From the human T2T-CHM13v2.0 reference genome, Homo sapiens: a DNA stretch of 64,000 bases. The first letter of the stretch is position 1; every line of letters begins with the position of its first letter. This document shows positions 1 through 12,871 of the stretch, piece after piece. A program made the translations under genes and the position numbers. The DNA is taken from the NCBI RefSeq assembly GCF_009914755.1, contig NC_060947.1; one strand, given 5' to 3'. The notes beneath the pieces were generated by a model. The model worked only from the letters and a program-made list of their open reading frames with translations, did not search any database and had not been told where the DNA came from.

Positions 1-270
<270 letters not shown>

Positions 271-322
271 TATATTATGTTATATGTTATACACACACAC
301 ATATATATATATGTATATATAT
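271..322. repeat. (TA)n/(CA)n microsatellite
   Basis: Direct reading: tatattatgttatatg..acacacacac..atatatatat. Confidence 0.85.
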
Positions 323-325
323 AAG

Positions 326-1091
326 ATTAGCTCTGTGTTGGGGCATTCCTTCAACACTTAGCCAGCTGTCTGAAACTGCCTTAGCCTTCACTTCCTGCTT
401 ATACTGAGCCCAGAAAGCAGCCAGATGTGAAAGCTTAGAGTCTTCTTAAGTCTTTTCTGAACATGTGTCCTACTCTGGGGATATGCATAACTTTTTAATT
501 CCCCAGTATACATGGGTGATTTTGAATCTCCTAATTTCCCAAAGAAAATTTATGCCCAGATTTTTCTTCTAGGCTTTAGGTGGTCTACTATTTGCCTCAA
601 CCATAATCTTTCACCCCAGTTGGGTACAGGATTTTCATTTGCCTTACAACACCTTTGAGAAATGTCCACCACTTTCACACTGAGTGACTTCTGAGTTAGG
701 TGAAATGAAGATGAGTGCCTTGCATCAGCCCTTTGGGGAGCCCATACATAGATTAGAACAGACAAACACAATAATCCTTTGATAAGGTCTGTTCCACTCC
801 CTCTGGAATCAGGGACCAGGGTCCCACACAAGAAATGTGATTTGCCACCTTCAAGACCACCGCCAAACTAGGGAGGAGGTGGGACAAGAGCTGGAATAAA
901 TGCCACAAAAGTTTCCTAATGTGTAGGAAGTTGCCTTTTTCTTGATTCAGCATATACCTGGTTTCTGTACATCTTTGACTATTTTCCAGAGTTTTGACAA
1001 GGTTGTGACAGTTTCTGCTTGCTTTTCAATGTTTCTGTGGAGCAATGGGAGTTTGGAGCTGCCTATTCTGCTATTTTGCTGATGTCACTCT
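326..1091 (-). mobile_element. Ancient L1M (L1MB-MD class) 5' region
   Basis: CTGCCTTAGCCTTCACTTCCTGCTT..AGCCAGATGTGAAAGCTTAG and terminal CTATTTTGCTGATGTCAC resemble old L1M 5' ends (from recall). Confidence 0.6.
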
Positions 1092-2994
1092 TACCAACAA
1101 ACAGTTATCTGGGCCACTGAATCCAGGGCTTGTTTTGTAAGGCTTGGCTTGAGAAGACTATCACTTCTGCCAACTACAGACCCTTCTCTCCACAGAGACC
1201 CTTATAAGCAACGCTGGTCTCCATATGTCTTCCCTACACAGAAACCCTTGCTTAGACTTAGAGGATACTCATGGGTATTTGACTGTTGCTGAGTAGTGAG
1301 AAAGACTCTACTAATGATCAAGGCAATGGGAAAGGAAATTGAGCAAGGCTTCAAGCAAAGTCTGGTGACTAAATTGCAGTCTTCTTTCAAAATGTGTCCC
1401 CTCAAAATTGCTTTCAATGATGCATTTATTATCTCCTTGGGTCATTTTTTCTTCTTTCTTCCTTCTTTCTCTATCAATTGTAAACATTGCTTGTTCAGTG
1501 AAAAATATACTTCTTTCCTAAGCACAGCTCTGAAATGTTACATTCCTATCATCCTAGGTAATTCCTCTGGTATTCTAGGTTTACCTGGTGGATCTTCTCT
1601 TAGACCCTACTTATCCTTTTTTCACAGTTCACCTAGCTTTTCTAGTCTGGACTCCTTAACACTAAAGGCCCAGATCCATTCAAAGATTATACCTGCTGCT
1701 TCTCTAATGCCCCTATGCACCACTGTCACCAAAGATTGGCAAAAATAGTTAATCATATTTGCTCTATCCGGCTTGTACTGGCTACTTCCTCTAGAATCTG
1801 ACTATTTTATTTATTGGGACATTCATACCAATTTTCTTTTGCCCTCTTGACCTTATCTTTTTCCCCCTAAATCTTTCTTCCAGCATTGCCATCCCCTATA
1901 GGTCCCTTTTTAGCCCTCACAGTAGCTTTTAGAACTAAGTTATACAATTTCTTGTCTTAATTCTGTTTCCCTCTGCTCTGGGTCTATTACTCTTACCCTT
2001 TTCTACAATCTCTGAACTGTACCTTACAAACATAGGTAGCTTCTGTTTCTTTTGCATTTTTTTAAAAAAAAGTTAGGTTATGGACTTGTCAGACAAATTG
2101 TCAAAGCTTCAGTTGGTAGAGGTGAAATGGGAACTAAGTGCTGAGTGTCCAGATGAGAAATCACACAAATTGCTGCATAATCTAACTGGGCCAACCTTCT
2201 ACTGCAAAGATGCATTGTGGGTAATTTTCCTTCATTTTGGGAGGTGTCTAAATTTGCACTAGTTTTTTATTGGAAATTCACTGATAATATAAGAATGGGG
2301 ACAGTTTGTGACCCCCAGAAGCATACAAAATATGCAATCAAAAATAAAGATTCCCCCTTCTTCCAAGAGTTTAAAAACTTGGCAAAACCATGCACATGTA
2401 TTTTTCCACTGCAAAAGGGAGTATGAGATGCAAAATCATAGTCTTCCACCAAGAGATGACCAAGGCTGTAAATGATGAAGTCAGAACAATTGAAATTTCA
2501 GCAAGAGATGGAGCTTTTGAAAAAGGAATCTTTCTGGATAGTAGAGTTTTCTGGTGTAGAAATTTACGTCGTTACATTTCAACAAGTTTTAATTTAACTG
2601 CTTTTGTTAGAACGTTTTCTAACATGTATTGTACACTTCGTTGCCTCCTTAGGCAGACTGTATGGAATACAGTCTCATCTTTTCTTGATGACTCAAGGTC
2701 CACACTATGATTTTCAGCTTTTCAGTGTGCTGTATCCAGCAATGCCCTCAGAACCTATTACAGGCTGTAAGAATGAACGTTTGCACAAACACTAAATGTT
2801 CTCTGACTGCAGAGTTATTTTGCCAGCTTTTCCGTAGTTTTTCTCTCCCTGTGCTGTAGGTGTTCTGTTATCTTTGTTTTAACATCCACTGACTAGCTTT
2901 TAACAGGATGTCTCTAATCTTTGGTGAGACTGGAAATAAAACATTCAAACTTGGTTAAAATTATGCATACAATGCAAATGTATATAGATTCTGA

Positions 2995-3332
<338 letters not shown>

Positions 3333-5019
3333 TATGGGGCCTCACTTTTAAGGAAGCACATGAGTTAAAGTGCACAGACTTGGTGCTCAGATGCCCTCTT
3401 TGCTTACCTCCTGGTTCTTAGTTATGTTACAGGTATGTAATGTTGCTATTGTTGTAAGGTAAGGTTCAGAAAGGTGAAGGGTCACGTTGTACAGTAACAT
3501 TAAAGTTACTGTAAAGCCAGGAGGTAGTTGACAATGTGTTTCATGTTGCTCTCCACTGTTCTAAAATGATACTTTTATTATTTCACCTTTTTCAGAGAAA
3601 TATATAAAAGGCATAGCTGAGGGAGGGCTATAATTTAAGCATACTAGTGGCTTGTAGCCATTTGCTGCAACCCCATTTTCTGATAATAGGAACACTCTGT
3701 ACCTAATGCCTGGGGCTCTTAAGGCTTTCACCCGGAGGTCTTGCAGATGGAGGACATTAGACAGCAAGGGGTAGGTTGCCACTCCTTTTGTTTTTTGTTG
3801 TTTTGCAAATACTTAGAGAAGCGTATGGTTTGGTCATATCCCTAGGTTTGAACATTGCAATAGAGATGATTTCTAACTCAGCAGATGCTCTCTGGGAGCT
3901 TGGGTGAAGAACATATCTTTATTATCTTAAGGAATAACCACAACAGGAATTTTCCCTCATGTTTGCAGTAAAAATGGACATGTGCAGATCCTTTTGACAA
4001 AGCTAAGGATCAAGGATGGTCAGTTCTTTCATCTATCCAGGGTGCCTCTATTACCGTCATACAGAGCCTAAAATCAACTGGAAAAAAACAGGGACAACGA
4101 AAACAGCAGATCTCTGCTGAATCAGAGTCAGTGAGGGGCATTCAGATGTTAGCAAGTCCTGTGTCTGCCACTTAATTCAATCAGTGATTTATTTTATCCC
4201 AACCTCTGCACCCAAACCATTTTTTTATGAAAAAGACAAATAGCTCAATGTGACCTTGGCATTTACCTGACTACTGAATATCTTGGAGGAAAGGCAAGCA
4301 CAGGCGAGTTTTTAACTGATGTATCTGCTCCTACATTGCTTTCTTAATTATAGTCCTTCATGGGGGACCAGATGGCCATTAATTAAGGAGGCTCTCCAAA
4401 TAAGAGCCCTCAATGGGCAGAATCTTCTTGTACTCTTACATCTAACAGATGCTCTATTTAAGTAGCCTTTCAGTTATGGTACCCAGGGTTATTGGGTACC
4501 TTCCTTTTGGGTTGTGGGGGAAAGTCTTAAAAAGATAAAACAACCTTTTGTAGGTCTTTCAATCTAATAAGAATTGATGTGTTCGTACATGACCTTGAGA
4601 CCAAATCATCAAAGGGACCTTAATGTGTTTTTAGTGCAACCGCTATGCTAAGTGCTACGTTAAAAACAAATCAGTTCCAGCTAATTCAGAACTTCCTTAT
4701 TAGCTAGACTCTTGATGATCTAGAACAATCCATTTCCAGACTCTGGCAGATAATGTAGTGTTCATTAGGTAGAGGGCTTGTTAAGATCATACACTTAAAG
4801 TATAAACTGATAAATACGCATGTCACACATAGGGAAGTTCAGTGATAAGAGTCAGCTGGAATATGACCATTTCCTGCTTGGTCCAGACAGACTTTTCAGA
4901 GGCCAACTGATATACAATGAGGAGGAAGATAATAGGGAATTACTGACATTATTAGTCTGCATGCAGCTGGAAAAAGCTGTGATATATACTTGGTAACAGA
5001 AAAAGAACACAGTTTATCA

Positions 5020-5140
5020 AGAGACATGGGTTCTAGGCCAATCTCTTCTACCAACTACCCACATGAACTGCAACTCGGTTTTCTTACTGAAACTGCAAAA
5101 TTATGATGTCTACCCTTAATTATCTCACAGGTTTGTGAGA
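5020..5140 (+). mobile_element. MIR fragment
   Basis: Degenerate GGGTTCTAGGCC..CTCGGTTTTCTT..CTCACAGGTTTGTGAGA. Confidence 0.5.
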
Positions 5141-5141
5141 A

Positions 5142-5588
5142 GATCTTAGTTTGGGCTCCCACAAGAATATACTCTGAGACAGGGATTCAAGTATAAGTAG
5201 TTTGTTTCAGAGTTGAAGGAAATAGTGATAGAAGAATGGAGCAGTGAAACAAGTAAGCACGTGTTAAAGACAACATTATCACATTTGCTGCCACAGACAG
5301 AGTGTCTGGGGCTTAAGTCTTCAGGGGAAAGTCTTGGAGGCAGTGTAAGACATCTCCTTCAGAGTTACCCCACCTGAGAGGTGAGAGTACGCTGACTCCT
5401 ATCAGTCTTTGGTTGGGGCCATTAATTTCTCAGCATTTCCAACCTACTATACAAGTTGGCAAAACAAGTTTGGAATCCAGAAAAAGTCCCCAGGGAAAGA
5501 AATGCAGGTGCTGGCAGTAGGAATTTGGGGGTGGCAGGCACTGAAGTGGTAAGGGTAAAAAAGTATTGGTATGACAGCATCTGCTACA
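5142..5588 (-). mobile_element. ERVL-class solo LTR (LTR16-like)
   Basis: Minus strand starts TGTAGCAGATGCTGTC and ends AACTACTTATACTTGAATCCCTGTCTCAGAG..CCCAAACTAAGA. Confidence 0.6.
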
Positions 5589-5727
5589 TTTGGCACAAGA
5601 GCATAAGTGATGTCTTTTGTATAAAGAAAAGTTAATAATTATAAGCATTAGAATTATAGTTACCCGCTAAGACCTATGAAACTGATGACAAAGGGCCATA
5701 TGGCTGGAAAGAAATTGAAATTATAAT

Positions 5728-5970
5728 CATAACATCCATTGAATACTTACCGTGTGCCAGACACCATGTTATGTGTTTTAAATACATTGACTCATTTAAT
5801 CCTCTTTGTGAATGAAATATTGTTATCTCCATTTTACAGAGGAGAGCACTGAGGCTCAGAGAGGTGAAATAACTTGCCCAAGCTCACACAGTTAATGGTG
5901 AGCAGACCTGAATTTGAACACCAGCAGTCAAATTCTCCAGTCCACATCCTTAAAACTGCTATACTCTACT
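5728..5970 (-). mobile_element. MIR
   Basis: Core ATTTTACAGAGGAGAGCACTGAGGCTCAGAGAGGTGAAATAACTTGCCCAAG. Confidence 0.88.
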
Positions 5971-8759
5971 GACAACTCTGGGGGTAAGGGGTCGACATAG
6001 TCTCCCTGGTGACCTTGAAGATCCTATCTTTTTAATTTTTCATTTGCAATGCAACCAACTGCTTCAGCTGGTAAAGAGGATTTAGGAGATCTTGCTGAAG
6101 TTTTGTTTGCCGATTTCCGGACCAGTGCCTTGAAAATGACAGAAATCTCTGATCTATTTTTTTTCCACAGGTAATATTGCTTATAGCTCTGTAGTAGGAA
6201 AGAAATCAATGTGTTTTATGAACGTGGCTCCTCTTATTTCTGAAAGGCATTTTATAGCTCGACTCTCTCTTATTCTCAATGGTTTTAGGTAAGCTGGTCA
6301 ATTTGGAAAAGGTTTTTGTTTTATCATTACTTTATGGACAGTAGGCAATTACTCAAATGCAAATCAAATAAAACAAGCTTAATTTGCATGTCTCAATCCA
6401 CTCAGGAGGAGCAGCATGGGAAGCTGGAGTGTTAAGGATTATAAACTAATTCTCTATGTGCAGCCTATGACGAGACTGACAGATGCTCACCGCAGATATG
6501 ACAAGTACATATCTTATATGAAAATTGTCTTTTGCAAGGACTTTGGTATAAGCCTTCTGACTGGTGCCCATGAAATGACCGTGTTGCAATCAAGTTTCCC
6601 AAGCAATGTGACAGCCGTTAAATGCAGGATCCGCGAGAAAGGAAGATAAACGATGCTGAACATTTGGAGGAAAAATAAAGGGTGCCACATTGGACCTGGG
6701 GACTCTGATGTTAATGATGGGTTGTGTTTAGTTGCTCCAAGAGGCAAGGATGCTTTTTCCTTTAACTGTCTTCTTCTATGTGGGATCCCATCTTCTGTGG
6801 TTTCTTTTGTAAAGGTACTATCACTCTTAAAGACTCACCATGCCAAATAGAACTCATCACCCTTTTTAAATTTTTGTTAGGCTTCTATTCATGCTAATGG
6901 CTTTCTGATCCTTTGTAGCTTACCTCCTCAAGGTCATGGCCCCTGTCTTTTCTTCTCATCTCATGGATTAGCCCTCTTCGGTTCCCAACACCTGGCTTTT
7001 CTTCTGTCCAGTACTCCTAACTACTACTCTGGCTTAAACTTTCATTTTTAACTATTAGATCCAGCCTCTATATAGGGGCAGATGAAAAGTATTATAAACT
7101 GATCATATTTTTCAAACTCTCTACCTTTAAGACTGTAATATATCTTAGCTATATTTTTTTTTTTTACCAAATTTCCCCTCCTTCCAGGCAAGTGCCATCT
7201 GACCTTCAATCCTACCAGGTTCATTCTCAACCCCCTGCCTTCGTGAGACTTATTCTATTCCTGAACTATTCTTGCCTCTTTTATATGCTTATGCAAAATA
7301 TATTCACCCTTTAAGTTCTTCTCCATGAAACCTTCCTTTCTACCATGATCCACTGTACTTCATGGTATCTGTAACCATTCTTTTGAATATGAACTTATGT
7401 ACATGTTATACTGATATATAATACAAATGCATCATTTAGAAATGCCACCTCCTCAATTAGGCTGTAAATCTTTTGAGGTAGGAACTGTGGTTTACATTTC
7501 TCCTGAGTTCTCAAAGTCCCTAGTGCAGAGCCAACCCTAGATTAGTGTTACTTTTAAAGTTGACTGACAATGTGGATATTGTTTACTACAAATGCCAGTG
7601 TATCTTTAATGTAACAAATGAACATTTTCGTATAAAAAGTACTTAAATGTGCGGGTTCTTTGATTTGCTGTGTTGGTGTGAGCTGTATGTTTGTATCTCT
7701 TAGCCTTGAAAAAAGGAGCCTATCTGTGGCAGAAGCCACTGTGTGGATGTTACAGGTAGTTAAACTAGCAGCATTCCCCTTCCTAACACGTATTTCCAAA
7801 AGTAGCTACTGGCTTAGTGTAACTTGAAATTTACATGTGATAAACAGGAAGGGGAATGCTGCTAGTTGCTATCATTTTAAGACCTAGCGTGAAAACTTAC
7901 TTCATTCTGATAGAAAAAAAAGTTAAAAGACTCTGTACTTTCAGTGGTAACACACTGCTGTTTGATAGTTTCTCTGTTGAGAAGAGGTAAAAAAAAAAAA
8001 AAAAAAGCTAGAGATAGGGAACTCAAGAGGAGAAATGTCCTTGCCTACTATTTCCTCATTCTTTAAGTCCTTTCCCTGAAAACTTAGAGAGAAAATGGGA
8101 AATGATAAAAGCTTTTTCCACTTGAGTAAAAGATCCCATGGCTCTTTTGTCAGTAAGTTAAATAGAAATCTTGAAGAAATTAGATTTTAAAATCTAATTT
8201 TAAAATCAGGAGGAAGTTAGATTTTAAAAATATTTAGAGTAAAGTGGAAATGAATATTCTAATTTTAGTCTCAGGATAAGACAAAACTTTAGTTTAATTG
8301 CAGTTAGCAGGAATTATTTTGAAAGACAGCAAATAACAGATTTTTATTTTCTTGAAGTTATTTTATACATTTGACCTTTAAACACATCTGAACATATTGC
8401 ATAGAATAAGATAGACTAGCAACTGTAAACAATAAAACGGAAATCCTGAAAATCTACCATTTTTGTCATAGTTTAAAATAAGTATATTTAAGTTTAAATT
8501 TGTTCATTCAAATCACTTACCTAAGGCACTTACTGCCACCTGTTGTTTGTGTATCTGAATTACATGAAAAGTGCCTGAAGGGTACTGGGTCTCCTGAAGG
8601 TTGAATATAAAGTAACATTTGTCATCTATACTGATAACTCAGTAGCTATGGGTTATAACTTTATGAGACACCTGTATATATCATTCTTACATGAGGGACA
8701 ATAATTAGAAAAGACAATTATCATAAAAGGAAAAAGGCTTGGATTTTATTCTAGCTTGG

Positions 8760-8935
8760 GAAAATCTCTTAACTCCCCAAACCTCAGTTTCCTCACCTAT
8801 GAAATGGAATGATGATAATGACTGCCCTTCCATACAGAGATATTGTGAAAATTCAACCATAGACTATTTTGTTAAAGAGCTTCATAAAATTATACACAGC
8901 ATATGCCCTACTCAGTGTTGCCAATGTGAAATGCT
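8760..8935 (+). mobile_element. MIR fragment
   Basis: CCTCAGTTTCCTCACCTATGAAATGG core. Confidence 0.7.
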
Positions 8936-9244
8936 AAATAGCAGGTGAAACATTATGCTGTCATGGACTCAATGAATATTAAAAGGCTACAGTTTGCTTT
9001 CTTCTCATACCATATCATCTCCTTTCATTTTCCTTGTGCTATTCTAATATCTTGGAAAATTCTGTGTGATTTCTCACCCCTAAGCCCCTCAGAATGATAT
9101 GAGGCTTTCCAGAATCCTCGCTAGCCTGTAAACTCCATCCTCTAATCCTTCATGATTATACTAACTTCACAGTGCCTTTTAACTGTTTGCTGGAGGAAGG
9201 GGAGAATAGGTTTCTATTCTTCTGGGCCATGGGTAATTCAAAAG

Positions 9245-9920
9245 AGGAGTCAGAAGCCCTGGATTCTTGTCCCATCTGTGCCAATCTCTCACAGCATGTA
9301 ACTTCTTATAAACCATTTAACTTGTTTGTGCCACTATTTTCTCATCTATAAATATTAATCTTTGCCTGCGTCACAAGGGTGGTATAATTGGCTGATAATA
9401 GATAGTCCTTCCGTTCCCCCATATCCATATCCCTGGAGCCTGTAAATATTACCTCACATGGCAAAGAGATGGGGTGTGGGGGAAGGTCTTTACAGGTGTA
9501 ATCAAATAATGAATTTAAAAACAGGGAGATTATCCTGGATTATCTGATGTGCCATAGATGCAATCACATGTACCTTATAACAGGGGGACAGAGGGAGATT
9601 TGATGACCTGTAGAAGAGGAATAGGTAAGGTTGCTTTGGAGACAGAAATGGGAGTAATGTGGTCACAAGTCAAAGGAATGCTGACAGCCACCAGAAGCTG
9701 GAAAAGGCAAGAAAATGATTTTCCCCTAGAGCCTCTGGAGGTAGTGTGGCCTTGCTGACAGTGATTTTGGCCCAGTGGTACTGACTTTGAACTTCTAGCC
9801 TTCAGAACTGTGAGACAATAAATTTATGTTGTTTTAAGCAGAATTCGTTACAGCAGTCACAGAAAACTAATATAGGTGGTATGAAAATTAAAGGCCCCTG
9901 GCACACAGAAATAACCAATG
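9245..9920 (+). mobile_element. MIR interrupted by an MLT1 LTR
   Basis: MIR 5' part at 9245-9382; 3' part (CCTGGCACACAG) resumes after 9875. Confidence 0.6.
9383..9874 (+). mobile_element. MLT1D-like MaLR solo LTR
   Basis: GGGAGATTATCCTGGATTATC, CAGCCACCAGAAGCTGGAAAAGGCAAG, CCCTAGAGCCTCTGGAGG, AATAAATTT, end AAACTAATATA; 5-bp TSD GGTGG (9378-9382, 9875-9879). Confidence 0.88.
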
Positions 9921-10256
9921 AAAGTTAAAATGAATTCAAATTGACAGATGTGTAAAACATGAATTATTATACATTTGCAAGGAGTAATCATTATAACTTG
10001 ATTTTGAGTCCCTCAATTGTTGGCCCTCAGTAATTCACCTCATTGCTCTGATAATGTTGAGTTATTTAAAGTCAATGGAGGCAGTTAAGGGTTTATTATA
10101 AGTGGGAGAGAGATAACTATCCAAATTATTTTTGTGAACCGTTGAGTGGTGTCTTCTGTATTTAAACTGATTCGATTTATCAAACTGGGAAAATAAAGTC
10201 CACGTGGCTTTCCAGGGGTTAATATCTGGGATTTCTAACTGCTTTAATTTCTAGTG

Positions 10257-10469
10257 CTGTGGTTCTCAACTTGAGGAGATTCCCTCCCCACACTCCAGGG
10301 GACATTGGTGATGTCTGGATACATTTTTGGTTGTCACAACTTGAGGAGGAGTTACTGGCACCTAGTCAGTGGATGCCAGGGGTGCTGCCAAACCTATTAC
10401 AATGCACAGCCCTATAACAAATAATTATGTTGCCTAGAATGTCAAGAGTGCAGAGATTGAGAAACCCTG
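10257..10469 (+). mobile_element. MER20 (hAT-Charlie)
   Basis: CTGTGGTTCTCAAC..ACATTTTTGGTTGTCACAACT..TTGAGAAACCCTG; degenerate 8-bp TSD TTCTAGTG/CTCTAGGG. Confidence 0.9.
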
Positions 10470-11364
10470 CTCTAGGGGGGAAAGAAAACTAGATGCATCA
10501 TAACTTCATAACTAGCCCCGTCTACCGCCACCCCCACCTTTTTTTTTTTTTTTTTTGCTTTATTTCTTTTAGATTAGAAGAAAGGATTATAAAGAGCTTG
10601 TTCAAGGCTATTGGACTTGGTGGGTGAGTGATCTCATCAGACCCCTTCTCTAGATAGCTTCCTTGATTTATAGCCAGTGGAAGGAAAAATTCTGAAGCTC
10701 TTTCCAAAGACTTTACTGCAATGAGCAGTTTTCTTGGGAAAAGAAGTGGAGCCAGAGCCTGGTGCCTCCCTCCACACCAGAGCTTGGATCAGTAGCTTAA
10801 TTCCTAACTCCCTGTAGGCTGTCATGCTCTCATAGTCACCAGGGTCCCCAATATATTATTTAGAATCAGAGTATTTGTTTATGTGCCTATACAAAATGGG
10901 TCTGGCATTTCTGTTGCACTGCAGTAAAAGGTTAGAGCTTACATAAGCCAGATAAATGTGAAGTCAAGGTGACTCTATTTTATGTATCACATTAACATAG
11001 AGCTACAAATCCTTGGGGCACACTTCAGGAATCTAAGGAAGCTGAGACTATGCTGCCTAGAAAAGGGAAATGATGCATACAATTTAGAGAAATATGTGAA
11101 TAATAATAACTGTGTAGGACCTTGGCATTTCTCCCATCTGGAATCTACCTCTGTTCTGGAGCAGTTTGTAGAGGAGACTCAGCAGGACCAAGATGGACAG
11201 ACCATCTCTGTCCGCTTCTCTCTTTTCACTTTTGTCTCACTTATCCTGACCACAATGTGTTTATATTACCATTGTTCCATTTTCCTTGCTTTTCAAGAGT
11301 TCAAAAACAGTGCATGCTAGAACTTTCCTTGGCCGTCCATCCCACTTTGAGAAGGAATCGCTCC

Positions 11365-11487
11365 ACTAGACGATTAGCTTTGTGAGGGCAGGGACTCTTG
11401 TCTTATTTCCTTATTAAATCTTCAGTATGTAGCAAAGTTCTTAAGCATAGTAGATGCTCAAAAATATTTGCTGGATAAATGAATGAA
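11365..11487 (+). mobile_element. L2 3' end
   Basis: TGTGAGGGCAGGGAC..TAGTAGATGCTCAAAAATATTTGCTGGATAAATGAATGAA. Confidence 0.8.
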
Positions 11488-11636
11488 CTCTCAGCACAAA
11501 CTTTTCAGCACAAAACTCTGTTTTGTGCTTCAATTGAGGTCTATATTCTCTGATTTATGTATTTGGAGGAGCATCCTAGGATCCTAGGATGTTGGAACTG
11601 CATCCATCCACAAATATCCATTGAATATTTTCTTGA

Positions 11637-11830
11637 AAGTGGTTTTCAGGCTTTATAATATATCAGAATCATGTGGAGGATTTGTTAGGACAGATTGTTA
11701 GGCCTCACCCCCAGAATTTCTGATTCAGTTGGTCTGAGGTAGGCCCTGAGAATATGCATTTCTAACAAGTTCCCAAGTGATGCTGATATACTCTGGAGGT
11801 TCCAGAGGGAGCACACTTCAACAGCCATTG
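11637..11830. mobile_element. MER5A (hAT-Charlie)
   Basis: CCCCCAGAATTTCTGATTCAGTTGGTCTG..GCATTTCTAACAAGTTCCCAAGTGATGCTGAT. Confidence 0.85.
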
Positions 11831-12109
11831 CCCTAGCTTTATGCTGTGGTGTATAGTAGATATGACCTCGTCACAGCAGTGAATACAGTGTTATTGATAA
11901 GCTCTTCTAGGGAGACAAAACGACATGAAGTAAGAACACATGTTCAACCTTAGAAATAATTTGTAAAATGCTAATTAAAAAATAATGAGAATCCTTTCAT
12001 CCTCCAGCAGAATGGTAAAGAAAAAGGAGACTATTTATTCCATATCAGCAAGAGAGTGGGCATTTCCTGCTGTACTTGTGGGAGTCTAGTTTGGTGCAGC
12101 CTTCCCTTC

Positions 12110-12400
12110 ACTGGCTATTTCTTTCTCATCCTTCAGATCTCAGCTTAATTACTCCTTCCTTAGAGAGCCCTTTCCTGATTGTCTAATCTAAAGAAAGACT
12201 GTTCTTATCTTTCACAGTGTTTGATATTTAATAAATCTCTACAAATATACATGAAAGTGTTCACTTGTTTAATGCCCGCTGTTTCTACTAGACTATCAAC
12301 TTCTGGAGGGTTGAGTCCACATCTATTTTGTTCATTTCTCTATCTCTAGCACCCAGTATTATGTCTGGCACCTAGTATAACCTCAATTCTTCAGTGAATA
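12110..12400 (+). mobile_element. L2 3' fragment
   Basis: TCCTTCAGATCTCAGCTTAA..CTAGACTATCAACTTCTGGAGGG..TCTGGCACCTAGTA. Confidence 0.65.
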
Positions 12401-12547
12401 TCTGTCGCCAATGCTGTTTGTAGTTGGGAAAAGTTGTAAATGATTTAAATGCTCAGCAATAGGTGTTTGGTTAAAAAAAATACAGTGCAACCAATCAGTG
12501 GAGTGGTTTTGCATTCACTAAATATACTTTTGGTAGAAAAATATCTA

Positions 12548-12871
<324 letters not shown>

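Noticed and set aside
1296-2710. 150-aa (1296-1748) and 106-aa (2390-2710) ORFs in unique-looking DNA
   Set aside because: No recognisable homology or exon structure; compatible with chance
8530-8550. CTCF-like motif (minus strand ACAACAGGTGGCAG); similar partial match near 33917
   Set aside because: Two core mismatches each; expected by chance in 64 kb
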